Of a stretch of 64,000 bases of DNA, positions 18,936 to 29,192 are shown in pieces. Origin of the DNA: Vicinamibacteria bacterium (GTDB taxonomy: Bacteria > Acidobacteriota > Vicinamibacteria > Marinacidobacterales > Marinacidobacteraceae); NCBI GenBank assembly GCA_963555995.3, contig OY821641.1:2272001-2336000 (forward strand), read 5' to 3'. Within the stretch, counting starts at the first letter, position 1, and the number at the start of each line of letters is the position of its first letter. The translations under genes were made by a program, and so were the position numbers. Below the pieces are notes generated by a model. It made no database searches, was not told the DNA's origin, and saw only the letters and a list, made by a program, of their open reading frames with translations.

Positions 18936-20172
18936 CGACGTGACTCACCACGAGAACGTCCCCCGCCTGGCGGCGGACCGCGTCCGCCGGGTGCTCTCCA
19001 ACATGCCGGTCACGGTACTCACCGGAGCCCGGCAGACGGGCAAGAGCACGCTCGCCCAGGAAATCGGCGGCCCGGCCCGCCGCTATCGCTCGCTGGACGA
19101 CTTCGACACGCTCGACGCCGCCCGGCGTGACCCGGCTTCGCTGCTCGGCGGCCCGGACGCGGTCACCCTCGACGAGGTGCAGCGCGCGCCCGATCTGCTG
19201 CTCGCGGTCAAGCGGGCCGTGGACCGGGAACGGCGGCCGGGACGCTTCCTGCTCACCGGATCGGCGGACCTGCTGTTGATGCGCCAGGTCTCGGAGTCGC
19301 TCGCCGGGCGCGCCGGCTACGTGACGCTCCACCCGCTGACGCGGCGCGAAATCGAAGGACGGGGGCGCTGCGGCATCTGGGAAGAACTCCTGAACACGCC
19401 GGAGGAAGCGTGGCGCGACCTGGTGGCCGCGGGGCCGGAACGTCCGCTGGACTGGCGCGGGTTCGCGCGGCGGGGGGGCTTTCCGCTGCCCGCCCTCCAT
19501 CTCGAATCCGCGGAGGCGCGGGCCGACTGGTTCGAGGGGTATCAGCGGACGTATCTCGAACGGGACCTGCGGGCGCTCGCCCAGATCACCGCCCTTCCCG
19601 ATTTCCGGCGGTTGATGCGCCTGGGCGCGCTGCGGCTCGGCCAGCTCGTCAACCAGACCGGGCTCGGCCGGGACGCCGCCCTGTCGCAGCCGACCGTGCG
19701 GCGCTGGCTGAACCTGCTGGAGACCTCGTACCTCATCGTCCCCGTCCCCCCGTACAGCGTCAACCGGACCAAACGGCTGATCAAGTCGCCGAAGCTCTAC
19801 TGGTGCGATACCGCATTCGCGCTCGACCTGGGCGGCGGCGAACCGACCGGCGCCCACCTGGAGAACATCGTGCTGAGCGACCTGATCGCCTGGCGCGACG
19901 GCCGGCCGGCCGGCCGGGGGCGTGCGGAGGTGTTCTGGTGGCGCACGACGCTCGGCGAGGAGGTGGACTTCGTGGTGGAGTTCGGCGACCGGCTGCTCCC
20001 CATCGAGGTCAAGGCCACCGCCACGCCTCGCCTGCGGGATACGGCCGGACTTCGGGTGTTCCAGGCGGAGTACGGAGCGTCTTCGAGACCCGGGCTGCTG
20101 CTGCACGCGGGCCGCGAAACCTCCTGGATCGCCTCGGGAGTGCTCGCCGCCCCCTGGTGGCGGGTGCTGTAG
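18922..20172 (+). CDS. AAA_14 ATPase with DUF4143 domain
   Basis: GARQTGKST, LDEVQR, LLTGSA, ESLAGR, KSPKLYWCDT, EVDFV..PIEVK. Confidence 0.9.
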   Translation: MIIIHDVTHHENVPRLAADRVRRVLSNMPVTVLTGARQTGKSTLAQEIGGPARRYRSLDDFDTLDAARRDPASLLGGPDAVTLDEVQRAPDLLLAVKRAVDRERRPGRFLLTGSADLLLMRQVSESLAGRAGYVTLHPLTRREIEGRGRCGIWEELLNTPEEAWRDLVAAGPERPLDWRGFARRGGFPLPALHLESAEARADWFEGYQRTYLERDLRALAQITALPDFRRLMRLGALRLGQLVNQTGLGRDAALSQPTVRRWLNLLETSYLIVPVPPYSVNRTKRLIKSPKLYWCDTAFALDLGGGEPTGAHLENIVLSDLIAWRDGRPAGRGRAEVFWWRTTLGEEVDFVVEFGDRLLPIEVKATATPRLRDTAGLRVFQAEYGASSRPGLLLHAGRETSWIASGVLAAPWWRVL

Positions 20173-20227
20173 GGCGCGCGCCGCACCGGTGCGGCGCTCC
20201 GGGCCGCGCGCCGCCCGGAGGTCGGCC

Positions 20228-20703
20228 CTACAGGTCCGACCAGCGGTGGATCGCGAAGCCCTGGTGGACGTAGGACGAGTCCCCGCCGTAGGCGAGGGCC
20301 GCCGGCGCCTCGGGATCGCCGAGCCGTTCCCGCCAGGTGCGGAGCCCCTTGAGCGCGTCGGCGGTCATCGTCTGGCCGGACTTGGCCTCGACGGCGAGGA
20401 GCCGGTCCCCGTTCCCGATCACGAAGTCCACTTCGTGGCCGGCCGCCTCGCGCCAGAACCAGAGGTCGGCCTCCCGGCGGGCGTGGCGGCGCGCCTTCAG
20501 CAGCTCGGCGAACACGAACGCCTCGAAGACGGCGCCCCGCGCGTAGTGCCCCCAGAGTTCCCCCGGTGAGCGGATGCCGAGCAGGTAGGCGAGGAGGCCG
20601 GTGTCGAGGTGGTCTTCCCCGACTGGCGCGGGCCGGTCACGGTGACCACCGGCATTTCCCGCGCGGCGCGGACGAGTTCGGGTTCGAGATGACGCGGGAT
20701 CAT
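20228..20703 (-). pseudogene. Internally deleted AAA_14-DUF4143 paralogue
   Basis: MIPRHLE..GPRQSGKTT joined out of frame to LDTGLLAYL..EVDFV..AVEAKSG; central ATPase region absent. Confidence 0.85.
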
Positions 20704-20831
20704 GTGCACAATCTGAACATCAAAAGTTGGATTTTGCAGGATCACGGAACGGCAGGAGCGCCGGTGTTCACCAGTCACTGCGAAGATGCAGTTCGCCGGG
20801 ACGTCAACCAGCGCGAGTGGCGCCGCCGGCC

Positions 20832-21160
20832 GGGAGCGCCGGTCTTCAGACCGGCACAGCGGGCCGCAGGCCCGCGGACGTCGTGCCGCGGTTCACGGTG
20901 ATGAACCGAGAACAGAAAACCATCCCGCCGGTCAGCGCCGTGCGCTGCGCTGCTGCGCAGCGCGTGCCGGTCTGAAGACCGGCGCTCCCAGGCGGTCCGC
21001 GTCGGAGCGCCAGCCTCCGGCTGGCATCGCGCGGGAGCGCGAAACGTGCGCTGATGGCGCTCCTCTCCGTGAACGTGGGGCCACGCCAGGTGGGTGGTGG
21101 GTGGTTGTGCGCGTTTCGCTCCCCTGCGGGGAGCGATGCCGGCCGGAGGCCGGCGCTCCG
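20832..21160. repeat. Two adjacent REP-pair elements
   Basis: REP at 20832 and inverse at 20965; variant GGAGCGCCAGCCTCCGGCTGGCA pair at ~21004 and ~21137. Confidence 0.75.
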
Positions 21161-21164
21161 AGCC

Positions 21165-21321
21165 CTAGCGCTGGGTGTCGATCCAGCGGCGGATGACGGT
21201 GTCGAGGACCGGGAGCGTGACCGGGCCGTTCAGCAGCACCGCGTCGTGGAAGGCGCGGATGTCGAACCGGTCGCCGAGTTCGGCCTCGGCGAGGGCGCGC
21301 AGTTCCCGGATCTTCAGCTCC
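21165..21321 (-). pseudogene. C-terminal remnant of a DUF885 family protein
   Basis: Translates to ELKIRELRALAEAELGDRFDIRAFHDAVLLNGPVTLPVLDTVIRRWI; cut abruptly by AT-richer DNA at 21322. Confidence 0.8.
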
Positions 21322-21481
21322 TGACTTTGTCGGTTTTGGATCGTAAGTCGTTGATATAACGAGACAGATTCGGCTCGGCTTCACTACAAAGGCCTCGACT
21401 GAGCGCGTTTGGGGACGCTCAGTTCGAGGGGACCAAGGCCGTCTGCTGGGGGAGTCGGAGGCCGCGATGCTACCGAAGCCT

Positions 21482-21644
21482 GGGAGCGCCGGTCTTCAGG
21501 CCGGCACAGCGGGCCGAAGGCCCGCGGATGTCGTGTTGCAGTTCGCGGTGATGAACCAGGAGCGGAAGGCCGCCGCGTAGGGGAGCGTCGTGCCGGGCGC
21601 TGCGCGGTGGCGCAGCGCGTGCCGGTCTGAAGACCGGCGGTCCC
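21482..21644. repeat. 163-bp MITE/REPIN-like element
   Basis: Inverted close copy of 1226-1388. Confidence 0.85.
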
Positions 21645-21758
21645 AACCAGCGGCGCAATGTGCGCGGGTTGACCTTTCGCCCAGACGGCATTTCTGGCGG
21701 CGGAGGTGCGCGTCCCCTTTGAGTGCCCCCCGATACACTGGCGGATCGAGGTGGCGTG

Positions 21759-23453
21759 ATGCGCAGGACCAACCGGAACGAACACGCTCGCAGGCGGTTC
21801 CTCGGCTACTTCTCGGGGGCCGGGCTGGGCGCCACGCTCTTTCCCGGCGTGCTCTGGGCGCGGATGCAGGAGGCCGGCGGCGGGGGTCTGACCGTCGGGA
21901 TGATGAAGGAGGCGGCGGCGCTCGCCGGGCTCGAGTTCACCGACGAGGAATACGAGCTGATGGTGGACGAGGTCGAGAAGAACTTCGGCCACTACCAGGA
22001 GATGCGGCAGCGGCGCATTGACAACGCGGTGCCGTCGCCCCTCTATTTCAACCCCGCCGTCCCGGGGATGACGTTCGACCGCTTCGAACGGGAGATGCGC
22101 CGGGGGGCGGCGCCCGAGGTGTCGCGCCCGGCGGACCTCGAAGAGGCCGCGTTCTGGCCGCTGACCCAGCTAGCCCGGCTGGTCGAGACGCGGCAGGTGA
22201 GCTCCGCCGAGTTGACCGAGATGTACCTGGCGCGGCTCGAGCGGCTGAACCCCGTCCTCAACTGCGTCGTGAACCTGACCCCGGACCGGGCGCGACAGCA
22301 GGCGCGGGAGGCGGACGCGGAGATCGCCGCCGGCAACTACCGCGGCCCGCTCCACGGCATCCCCTGGGGCGCGAAGGACATCATCGCGGTGCGCGGCTAC
22401 CCGACCACCTGGGGCGCCGGCGTCTTCAAGAACCAGGTCATTGATACGGACGCCGCCGTCGTGGAACGGCTGGACGCGGCGGGCGCGGTGCTGGTCGCCA
22501 AGCTCACCACCGGGGAACTGGCGTTCGGCCACAACTGGTTCGGCGGGCGCACGAACAACCCGTGGAACCCCGAGGAAGGCTCCAGCGGGTCGTCCGCCGG
22601 CTCGGGATCGGCGGCGGGCGGCGGCCTCGTGGGGTTCGCGATCGGCACCGACACCGGCGGGTCCATCCTCTCGCCCTCGATCCGCTGCGGCGTCGTCGGC
22701 CTCCGCCCGACCTTCGGCCGGGTCCCCCGCACCGGGGTGATGGCCGCGGGGTTCTCGCTCGACAAGATCGGGCCGATGACGCGCGGCGTGGAGGACGGCG
22801 CGCTCATCCTGCACGCCATCGCCGGCCCCGACGGCCAGGACCTCGCCTGCGTCCAGGGGGTTCCGTTCAACTGGGACGGCGCGGCGTCCGCGAGCGGGCT
22901 GCGGCTCGGCTACTTCGCGTCGGCGTTCGAGCAGCTCGAATCGGAGAACGACCCCGAGAACCTCGAACACGCCCGCCGCACCCTCGACACCCTCCGTTCG
23001 CTCGGCTACGACCTGAAACCCGTCGAGATCCCGCGCGACCGCCTGATCTACTTCATCGAGTACGTCGAGCGCTCCACCGGTTTCGACGAGTTCAAGCGGA
23101 ACCGGCAGGACGAGAACCTGGTGCGGCAGGGGCACCGCGGCGAGCTGCGCGCGTCGCACCTGGTGCCGGCGGTCGAGTGGCTGCAGGCGAACCGCATCCG
23201 CTACCTGTTCATGGAGGAACTGGCGGGCATCATGGAAGGGCTCGACGCCGTCGTGTCCCCCTGGCGCGCGATCAACGCGCTCACCAGCATGACCGGGAAC
23301 CCGGTGGTGACGGTGCCGAACGGTTTCGACCCGGACGGGACGCCGACGGGCATCGCGCTGCTCGGACAGGTGTACGGCGAGGAGCGGCTGCTGCTCGCCG
23401 CGAAGGCGCTCCAGGACGCGACGGACTACCACACCCGCCGTCCGAATCTCTGA
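21759..23453 (+). CDS. Amidase signature family protein with Tat-like signal
   Basis: ARRRFLG; GPLHGIPWGAKD; GSSGSSAGS; GTDTGGSI. Confidence 0.9.
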   Translation: MRRTNRNEHARRRFLGYFSGAGLGATLFPGVLWARMQEAGGGGLTVGMMKEAAALAGLEFTDEEYELMVDEVEKNFGHYQEMRQRRIDNAVPSPLYFNPAVPGMTFDRFEREMRRGAAPEVSRPADLEEAAFWPLTQLARLVETRQVSSAELTEMYLARLERLNPVLNCVVNLTPDRARQQAREADAEIAAGNYRGPLHGIPWGAKDIIAVRGYPTTWGAGVFKNQVIDTDAAVVERLDAAGAVLVAKLTTGELAFGHNWFGGRTNNPWNPEEGSSGSSAGSGSAAGGGLVGFAIGTDTGGSILSPSIRCGVVGLRPTFGRVPRTGVMAAGFSLDKIGPMTRGVEDGALILHAIAGPDGQDLACVQGVPFNWDGAASASGLRLGYFASAFEQLESENDPENLEHARRTLDTLRSLGYDLKPVEIPRDRLIYFIEYVERSTGFDEFKRNRQDENLVRQGHRGELRASHLVPAVEWLQANRIRYLFMEELAGIMEGLDAVVSPWRAINALTSMTGNPVVTVPNGFDPDGTPTGIALLGQVYGEERLLLAAKALQDATDYHTRRPNL

Positions 23454-23470
23454 GGAGCGGAGTCGTTGGA

Positions 23471-24499
23471 ATGAGAGCGGCCACCCTCGCGGTTCTCCTG
23501 CTGCCGGCCGCCGCCGCTCAGGCGCAGGAACTCCCGGTGGTCAAGCTCTTCACCACCGGCGGCACGATCCAGAGCCTCGGCAAGGACCGCCTGAAGCTCA
23601 CCGAGTACCGCGAGGGGCGCATTGACGGCGCGGCGATCATCGAGGCCGTCCCGGAGGCTTCGCGTCTCGCGCGCATCGAGGTGGAAGCGATCTCGGCGGT
23701 CAGCAGCACCCGGATGGGCGCCGAGCAGGGGCTGCCGCTCGCCCGCCAGCTCGCGGAGGAGCTCGCGAGACCGGAAGTGGCGGGCGCGATCGTCACCCAC
23801 GGAACCACGACGCTCGAGGAAACGGCCTATTTCCTCCACCTCACCGTCAGGACCACGAAACCGGTGGTCGTCATCGGCTCGATGCGGCCCTGGACGGCGG
23901 TCAGCCGGGACGGGCCGCTCAACTTCCTGGGCGCCGTCCGCACCGTGCTCACCCCCGAGGCCGCCGGGAAGGGCGTCCTGGTGCTGCTCAACGACACCAT
24001 CCATTCGGCGCGCTTCGTGACCAAGCGGCACACCTACCACATCGAGACGTTCGTTTCTCCCGACGTCGGTCCCCTCGGGTTCGCCGACGCCGACCGGGTG
24101 GTGCTCTACCGCTCGCCGGTCACCCGCCACACCGCGGACACCGAGTTCGACCTCGACGGGATCGAGGAACTCCCGCAGGTGGACGTCGTCTACGGGTACC
24201 AGGAGGCTTCCCGCGCGCCGCTGGACGCGCTGGTGAAGGAGGGCGCGCGGGGGATCGTCCTGGCCGACGGCTCGCCGGCCTACCGGAACGCGGTGCTGGA
24301 GGCGCGGGCGGCGGGCGTGGTGGTGGTGCAGGGCAGCCGCAAAGGGTCCGGCCGCATGGTGCTGAGCGACCGGACCGCGGCGCGGGGCGAGATCACCGCC
24401 GACAACCTCCATCCGCAGAAGGCGCGCATCCTGCTTCGTCTCGCCCTCACCCGGACGACCGACGCCCGGGAGCTGCAGCGGATCTTCAATGAGTACTGA
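23471..24499 (+). CDS. Secreted L-asparaginase/glutaminase family enzyme
   Basis: TTGGTI, THGTTTLEETAYFL, GSMRP, DGPLN, KARILLRLAL. Confidence 0.88.
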   Translation: MRAATLAVLLLPAAAAQAQELPVVKLFTTGGTIQSLGKDRLKLTEYREGRIDGAAIIEAVPEASRLARIEVEAISAVSSTRMGAEQGLPLARQLAEELARPEVAGAIVTHGTTTLEETAYFLHLTVRTTKPVVVIGSMRPWTAVSRDGPLNFLGAVRTVLTPEAAGKGVLVLLNDTIHSARFVTKRHTYHIETFVSPDVGPLGFADADRVVLYRSPVTRHTADTEFDLDGIEELPQVDVVYGYQEASRAPLDALVKEGARGIVLADGSPAYRNAVLEARAAGVVVVQGSRKGSGRMVLSDRTAARGEITADNLHPQKARILLRLALTRTTDARELQRIFNEY

Positions 24500-25583
24500 G
24501 AGGGCGTTCGCAACCGCAGCCGCGGCCCTCCTCGCCGCCGCCGCCTCGGCCGCGCAGGAGATCCCGCCGCTGCCGCCGCCGGGGATCGAGCTGCCGCACG
24601 TTGTGCTGGTGTCGGTGGGCGGAGAGATCGCCACGAACTGCGCAACGCCGCTCGAACTGGCGGGCTGCGAGTCCGCCGGGGAGACCTTCGCCCCCGAGAC
24701 CTGGACCCGCGACCTGCCGGATCTCGGGCTCGTGGCCCGGATCGCGACGGAGGATCTGCGGGCGTTTTCGCGTGCCGACGGAGGCGCGGCCCCGGAGCAC
24801 TGGCTCGGGCTCGCGAACCGTCTGCGGCAACTCGCGGAAGAGTCCGACGTGGACGGGGTGGTCGTCACGCACGGGGCGGCCGGGGTCGCGGACACGGCCT
24901 TCTTCCTGAACCTCGTGCTGCCGACCCCGAAACCGGTCGTCCTCGTCGCCGCCCAGCGTCCCTGGAGCGCGGTGAGCGGCGACGGCCCGCTCAACCTCTA
25001 CGACGCGGTCCGGGTGGCCGCGAATCCGGCCGCCGCCGGCAAGGGAGTGCTGGTGGTCGCGAACCAGGAGGTCCACGCGGCCCGGGACGCGCGGCGGACG
25101 AGCGCCTACCGCATGGACGGTTTCGGGAGCGTGGACCTCGGGCCGATCGGGGTGGCGGACCCCGACGTCGTCCGGTTCTTCACCGAGCCGACCCGCAGGC
25201 ACACCCACGGCTCGGAGTTCGACCTTGCGGCGCTTCCGGAATCGCTGCCGGCCGTTGAAATCGTCCCGGCGTATCCCGACGCGCCGGGCAGCGTGATCGC
25301 CGGACTCGTGGCCGCGGGAGCGAAGGGCATCGTGATGGACGGCGCGGCCGCCCTGTCCGGCGGCCAGCGGGAGGCGGTACGCCGCGCCCGGGCTGACGGG
25401 GTCGTGGTGGTGGCCACTTCGTCCACGCGCGGCGGCCGGGTGCAGAACACCGCCGCCCTCCGCGAACTCGGGATCATCCCCGCCGACAACCTGCCCCCGA
25501 CGAAGGCGCGCACGCTGCTCCGGCTCGCGCTCACCCGGACCTCCGACCCCACAGAGATCCGACGCTTCTTCGAGGAGTACTAG
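24489..25583 (+). CDS. Asparaginase homologue lacking the catalytic threonines
   Basis: SVGGEIA and THGAAGVADT replace GGTI and HGTDT; rest of the fold conserved. Confidence 0.8.
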   Translation: MSTERAFATAAAALLAAAASAAQEIPPLPPPGIELPHVVLVSVGGEIATNCATPLELAGCESAGETFAPETWTRDLPDLGLVARIATEDLRAFSRADGGAAPEHWLGLANRLRQLAEESDVDGVVVTHGAAGVADTAFFLNLVLPTPKPVVLVAAQRPWSAVSGDGPLNLYDAVRVAANPAAAGKGVLVVANQEVHAARDARRTSAYRMDGFGSVDLGPIGVADPDVVRFFTEPTRRHTHGSEFDLAALPESLPAVEIVPAYPDAPGSVIAGLVAAGAKGIVMDGAAALSGGQREAVRRARADGVVVVATSSTRGGRVQNTAALRELGIIPADNLPPTKARTLLRLALTRTSDPTEIRRFFEEY

Positions 25584-25656
25584 CAGCCTGTGGTGGAACC
25601 CCCGAAAGCGGCGAAAACCAGCCGAACGGGGGCTGCATGTGAGGACACCGCCGGCC

Positions 25657-25816
25657 TGGAACGCCGGCTTCAGCCGGCACAGCGGGCCGAAGGCCCGCGG
25701 ATGTCGTGCCTCCGTTCGCAGCGTGATGGACCGCAAGCCGAACGCCATCGTGCCGGGCAGCGTCGGGCGGTCCGCTGCGCTCCGCGCAGCGGGTGCCGGC
25801 TGAAGCCGGCGCTCCA
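25657..25816. repeat. REP-pair element
   Basis: TGGAACGCCGGCTTCAGCCGGCA ... TGCCGGCTGAAGCCGGCGCTCCA. Confidence 0.8.
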
Positions 25817-25907
25817 AGCCGCCGGCGCCTACCCGGTCACGACTCCGGGCGCTCGGGAAGTTTCGGAATCTCGCCGGATCGCGGCGGGCACGGATCACCA
25901 CGCGATA

Positions 25908-25948
25908 TTCCTTGAAAATCACGAAATCCAGAACGGATTTTCAAGGAA
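25908..25948. promoter_or_regulatory. 13-bp perfect inverted repeat upstream of the AbiE operon (candidate operator)
   Basis: TTCCTTGAAAATC-N15-GATTTTCAAGGAA. Confidence 0.55.
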
Positions 25949-26071
25949 AACGGCGCAACAACGCGTCAGACGAAGGGACCGAGCCGTCGGCTGTTACAGT
26001 AATAGTGTTTTCTAATACCAATTCTGGAAAGCACGGCTTCCAGACGATCAACGCATGTCGGAGTTCGACTC

Positions 26072-26653
26072 ATGACACTGTCCGAGGCGGTCCGGGTTCT
26101 CGTGCTCGGCGCGGGGCGCGCGTTCCCGGTGATTGACCGGCACGGGCTCCGCACGCTGTTCGCCGGCGACGAAGACCACGCCTTCAACACCGGGTTGCGC
26201 CGGTTGACCGAGCTCGCCCTGCTGGAGCGACTGGCCCGCGGGGTTTACCGGAACCGGGCCACGCCGCACCCGGGACGCCGGGGGCTCGGGGTGGTCGCCC
26301 GGCATCTGCGCCCCGGTCACCTGTGCTACGTGAGCTACGAATCCGCGCTCGCCGAGTTCGGCTCCATCAGCCAGGTGCCGATGGTCACCATCGTCGCCAC
26401 CACCGGGAACGGCGGGGAGCATCGCTCACCCTTCGGCGACCTGGAGTTCTGCCACACCAGCCGTTCCGAGACGGAGATCCTCGCGAACACCGTGTTCGAC
26501 GACCGGCTGGGGCTTCGCCTCGCCACTCCGGAGATCGCGTACGAGGATCTTGCCCGCGTGCGCCCGGGGAACCTCCATCTGGTGGACCCGGACATGCACG
26601 CGGAGGTGCTGGCCGAGTGGGGACGTTCGGCGGCGGGGCCGGCCCATGCGTGA
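26072..26653 (+). CDS. Type IV TA AbiEi-family antitoxin
   Basis: LERLARGVY, YVSYESAL..GSISQVP; overlaps the toxin gene. Confidence 0.85.
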   Translation: MTLSEAVRVLVLGAGRAFPVIDRHGLRTLFAGDEDHAFNTGLRRLTELALLERLARGVYRNRATPHPGRRGLGVVARHLRPGHLCYVSYESALAEFGSISQVPMVTIVATTGNGGEHRSPFGDLEFCHTSRSETEILANTVFDDRLGLRLATPEIAYEDLARVRPGNLHLVDPDMHAEVLAEWGRSAAGPAHA

Positions 26654-27557
26654 CTTCCTCGCCGTCGCCGACCGGATCGTGCGCGACGAGCCGGGACTGG
26701 CGGCCTGCCTCCCGGTCATCGAGAAGGAACTGCTGCACGTCGAGATATTGCGCGCCATGCATCAGGCGGGACACCTGCGGCGCCTGGCGTTCAAAGGTGG
26801 GACGTGCCTGCGGCTGTGCCATGGCGGGCTGCGCTTCAGCGAGGACCTGGACTTCTCCGGAGGGAGCTCGTTCGATCACGCGCTGCTGGGGGACATCGAG
26901 GATGTCGTGCGGGCGCGGGTCGGGCAGCGTTACGGCCTGGAGGTAACCGTGGCCTCGCCGGCGCCCGTGGATGGCGGGACGCGCTCGGTGAGCCGCTGGG
27001 TCGCCCGCATCGTCACGCGCCCCGCGGGCCGGGACTCGCGCCTCGGCGTGCAGCGCATCAAGCTCGAGATAGACGACCGGGAAGCGCCGCCCGATGTCGC
27101 GCCGCTCCCGGTTCGGCAGCGCCACGCGCTGCTGGCGGACGACTTCACGACATTCCCGATTCGGGCGGCGTCCGTGGCGGACATCTGCACCGACAAGATG
27201 GTCGCCTACCCGATGTCCGTGCTGACGCGCGACAACCCGCGACATCGCGACGTATGGGACATCGCCTGGATCACGGAGCGGCTGGGCGAGGATGCCGCCG
27301 GCCTCGCTGCCCGGGCCGCCGACAAGATTGCGGCCCGCGGGTTGGGCGGTCGCATGCCCGATGCGCTGCGGCTGACAGTCGAGCGCAGCGACGCCCTCAT
27401 CGAGTCCGAAGGCTTTCGCGCCACGTTGCAGCGCTTCGTGCCCCGTGACGTGGCGGTTCGCACGGTCGGAGACCCGCAGTACCGGCGGCGGCTCGTCGAA
27501 ACGATCCGGCGGTTCTGCGAAGCCGTACTCGCCACCCTGTCGACGCAACCGCGCTGA
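26646..27557 (+). CDS. Type IV TA AbiEii nucleotidyltransferase toxin
   Basis: IEKELL, FKGGTCLRL..RFSEDLDFS, DKMVA, RDVWDI. Confidence 0.9.
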   Translation: MRDFLAVADRIVRDEPGLAACLPVIEKELLHVEILRAMHQAGHLRRLAFKGGTCLRLCHGGLRFSEDLDFSGGSSFDHALLGDIEDVVRARVGQRYGLEVTVASPAPVDGGTRSVSRWVARIVTRPAGRDSRLGVQRIKLEIDDREAPPDVAPLPVRQRHALLADDFTTFPIRAASVADICTDKMVAYPMSVLTRDNPRHRDVWDIAWITERLGEDAAGLAARAADKIAARGLGGRMPDALRLTVERSDALIESEGFRATLQRFVPRDVAVRTVGDPQYRRRLVETIRRFCEAVLATLSTQPR

Positions 27558-27676
27558 AGGTGTCACCCGGACTCCGCCCCGTCCCGGCGATCAGCCTTCC
27601 GTCAGCACGGCGGCGTCGCCAGATCCTTTGACGTTTCGGAAGCCGATTGGCGTATGCTGGCTCGCACTCGCAAGTG

Positions 27677-28843
27677 ATGAGCGCCTTGGCCCGAAACGCC
27701 GCCGTCGTCATTCTGCTCGCGGGCTGCGGCGGCGGCGTGGATGGAAACCCATCCGCTCCGCCAGCTACGGCTACGGCTCCGTCTCCCGCGCCCGTCGAAC
27801 CGCCGGCCCCCGTTCTCCAAGCGCAGGTGTCGGTCTATTCGATCCCGAGCCCCTATTCAGACAACTACACCGAAGGCATGTGGATTCGGCTGACTGCGGA
27901 GTTCGATGAACCTGTCAGGGTCGACGGAAATCCCCGCCTGGCCATCAGCATCGGAGAGAACACGCGCTATGCCGATGCGACACCCGACGAGGGAATTCGC
28001 TATTCCGGCCCTGACCACAAGGCGCAACGGGACACCCTGCTTCGGTTTGACTACATGATCCAGGCCGACGACCGAGACCCCGACGGCATCAGCATCGAGG
28101 TCGACTCATTTGACTTTGCCGAGGGCACGATCACGGGCCGGGACAGCTCCGAGATCGACGTCGAGATCACGTCTATAACGCCCGCCGAGGCATACCCGAC
28201 AGGGGGCGTGAACCCGCGTCGGCGGTGGGCGCCCACCCGCGAGCCGGGGATGGATATGCCGGAGCAACCGGTAGCCGGACGCCCGCAGCCGAGGGCTTGC
28301 ACGGACGAGCAGCAGCGTGCCCTCGGCAGACACCCAATCCTTGTCGAGGAATGGGACGGAACCCCGTTCACCTTCTATTTCAACACAAACGGGATGCCGG
28401 AGCACCTACAGCCCGACGCCGAACGTGTGTTGGTCGCAGCCGAACACTTGGCTGATCGGATCAAGGACCAGATCGGTTATTCCATTTTCGAGGTGGAGGG
28501 CTTCCTGGAGAATCCACGGATCGAATATCCCACCAGCGGTCGCCACTGCCCTTGGCGCAAGCCGGGGCAGATCGTGTGGATGTACTGGGAGAGAGCACAG
28601 GCGAACTACGAGTGCGCGATGGGGGCTGGCAGTTTGACATTCTCAAACGGTTCCGTCGCACATACAACCTTCCACATCTTCGGCTTTGACCACTCCCCTA
28701 ACGACTGGAGGGGCGAGCACGACTATTGGAAAGGGAACTGGATGAGCCTTCGGCTGACCGGAGTTTACGAGGACGATGAGGACATCGGCGTAACATATGA
28801 AGATGTGGATGCCCTACGCTGTATCTACCCCAAGACAGGTTAG
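27677..28843 (+). CDS. Hypothetical lipoprotein: Ig-like N-domain plus degenerate metzincin-like domain
   Basis: Lipobox LAGC; LRFDY..DDRDPDGISI; HTTFHIFGFDH..WMS..DVDALRCIY. Confidence 0.65.
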   Translation: MSALARNAAVVILLAGCGGGVDGNPSAPPATATAPSPAPVEPPAPVLQAQVSVYSIPSPYSDNYTEGMWIRLTAEFDEPVRVDGNPRLAISIGENTRYADATPDEGIRYSGPDHKAQRDTLLRFDYMIQADDRDPDGISIEVDSFDFAEGTITGRDSSEIDVEITSITPAEAYPTGGVNPRRRWAPTREPGMDMPEQPVAGRPQPRACTDEQQRALGRHPILVEEWDGTPFTFYFNTNGMPEHLQPDAERVLVAAEHLADRIKDQIGYSIFEVEGFLENPRIEYPTSGRHCPWRKPGQIVWMYWERAQANYECAMGAGSLTFSNGSVAHTTFHIFGFDHSPNDWRGEHDYWKGNWMSLRLTGVYEDDEDIGVTYEDVDALRCIYPKTG

Positions 28844-29192
28844 CCGTAACCCGCATCTCTCGCAGCGCTTCACGACCCGTGGAGACGCCTTCTTCCCAAG
28901 GCCTCAGACGAACGTCGGCAGACGCTGGAGATCTGCGTCATAAGCACCTGTTGAGTCAGCTCGTCGAGAGCCGACCGAACCCCAAGGCATCTCGGTCAGA
29001 CCAACCCAGCGATCTCAGTCCCGAGCTTGCTTTCACGGGTTCCCGACCGACCCCCGACCGAACACAACGTGCCCCGACGCTGTTGGCAACATGACCCGAA
29101 AACTCCTCTCCCTCGCCAGTATTTTTTGACGTCGTCGGCGGCTACCAAGGGATCGCCGATACTCGCACAGGCGCCACTGCGGGTTGGCGAGA

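Noticed and set aside
22562-23470. Long N-terminal extension of asparaginase
   Set aside because: Overlaps the amidase out of frame; RBS and signal peptide support ATG 23471
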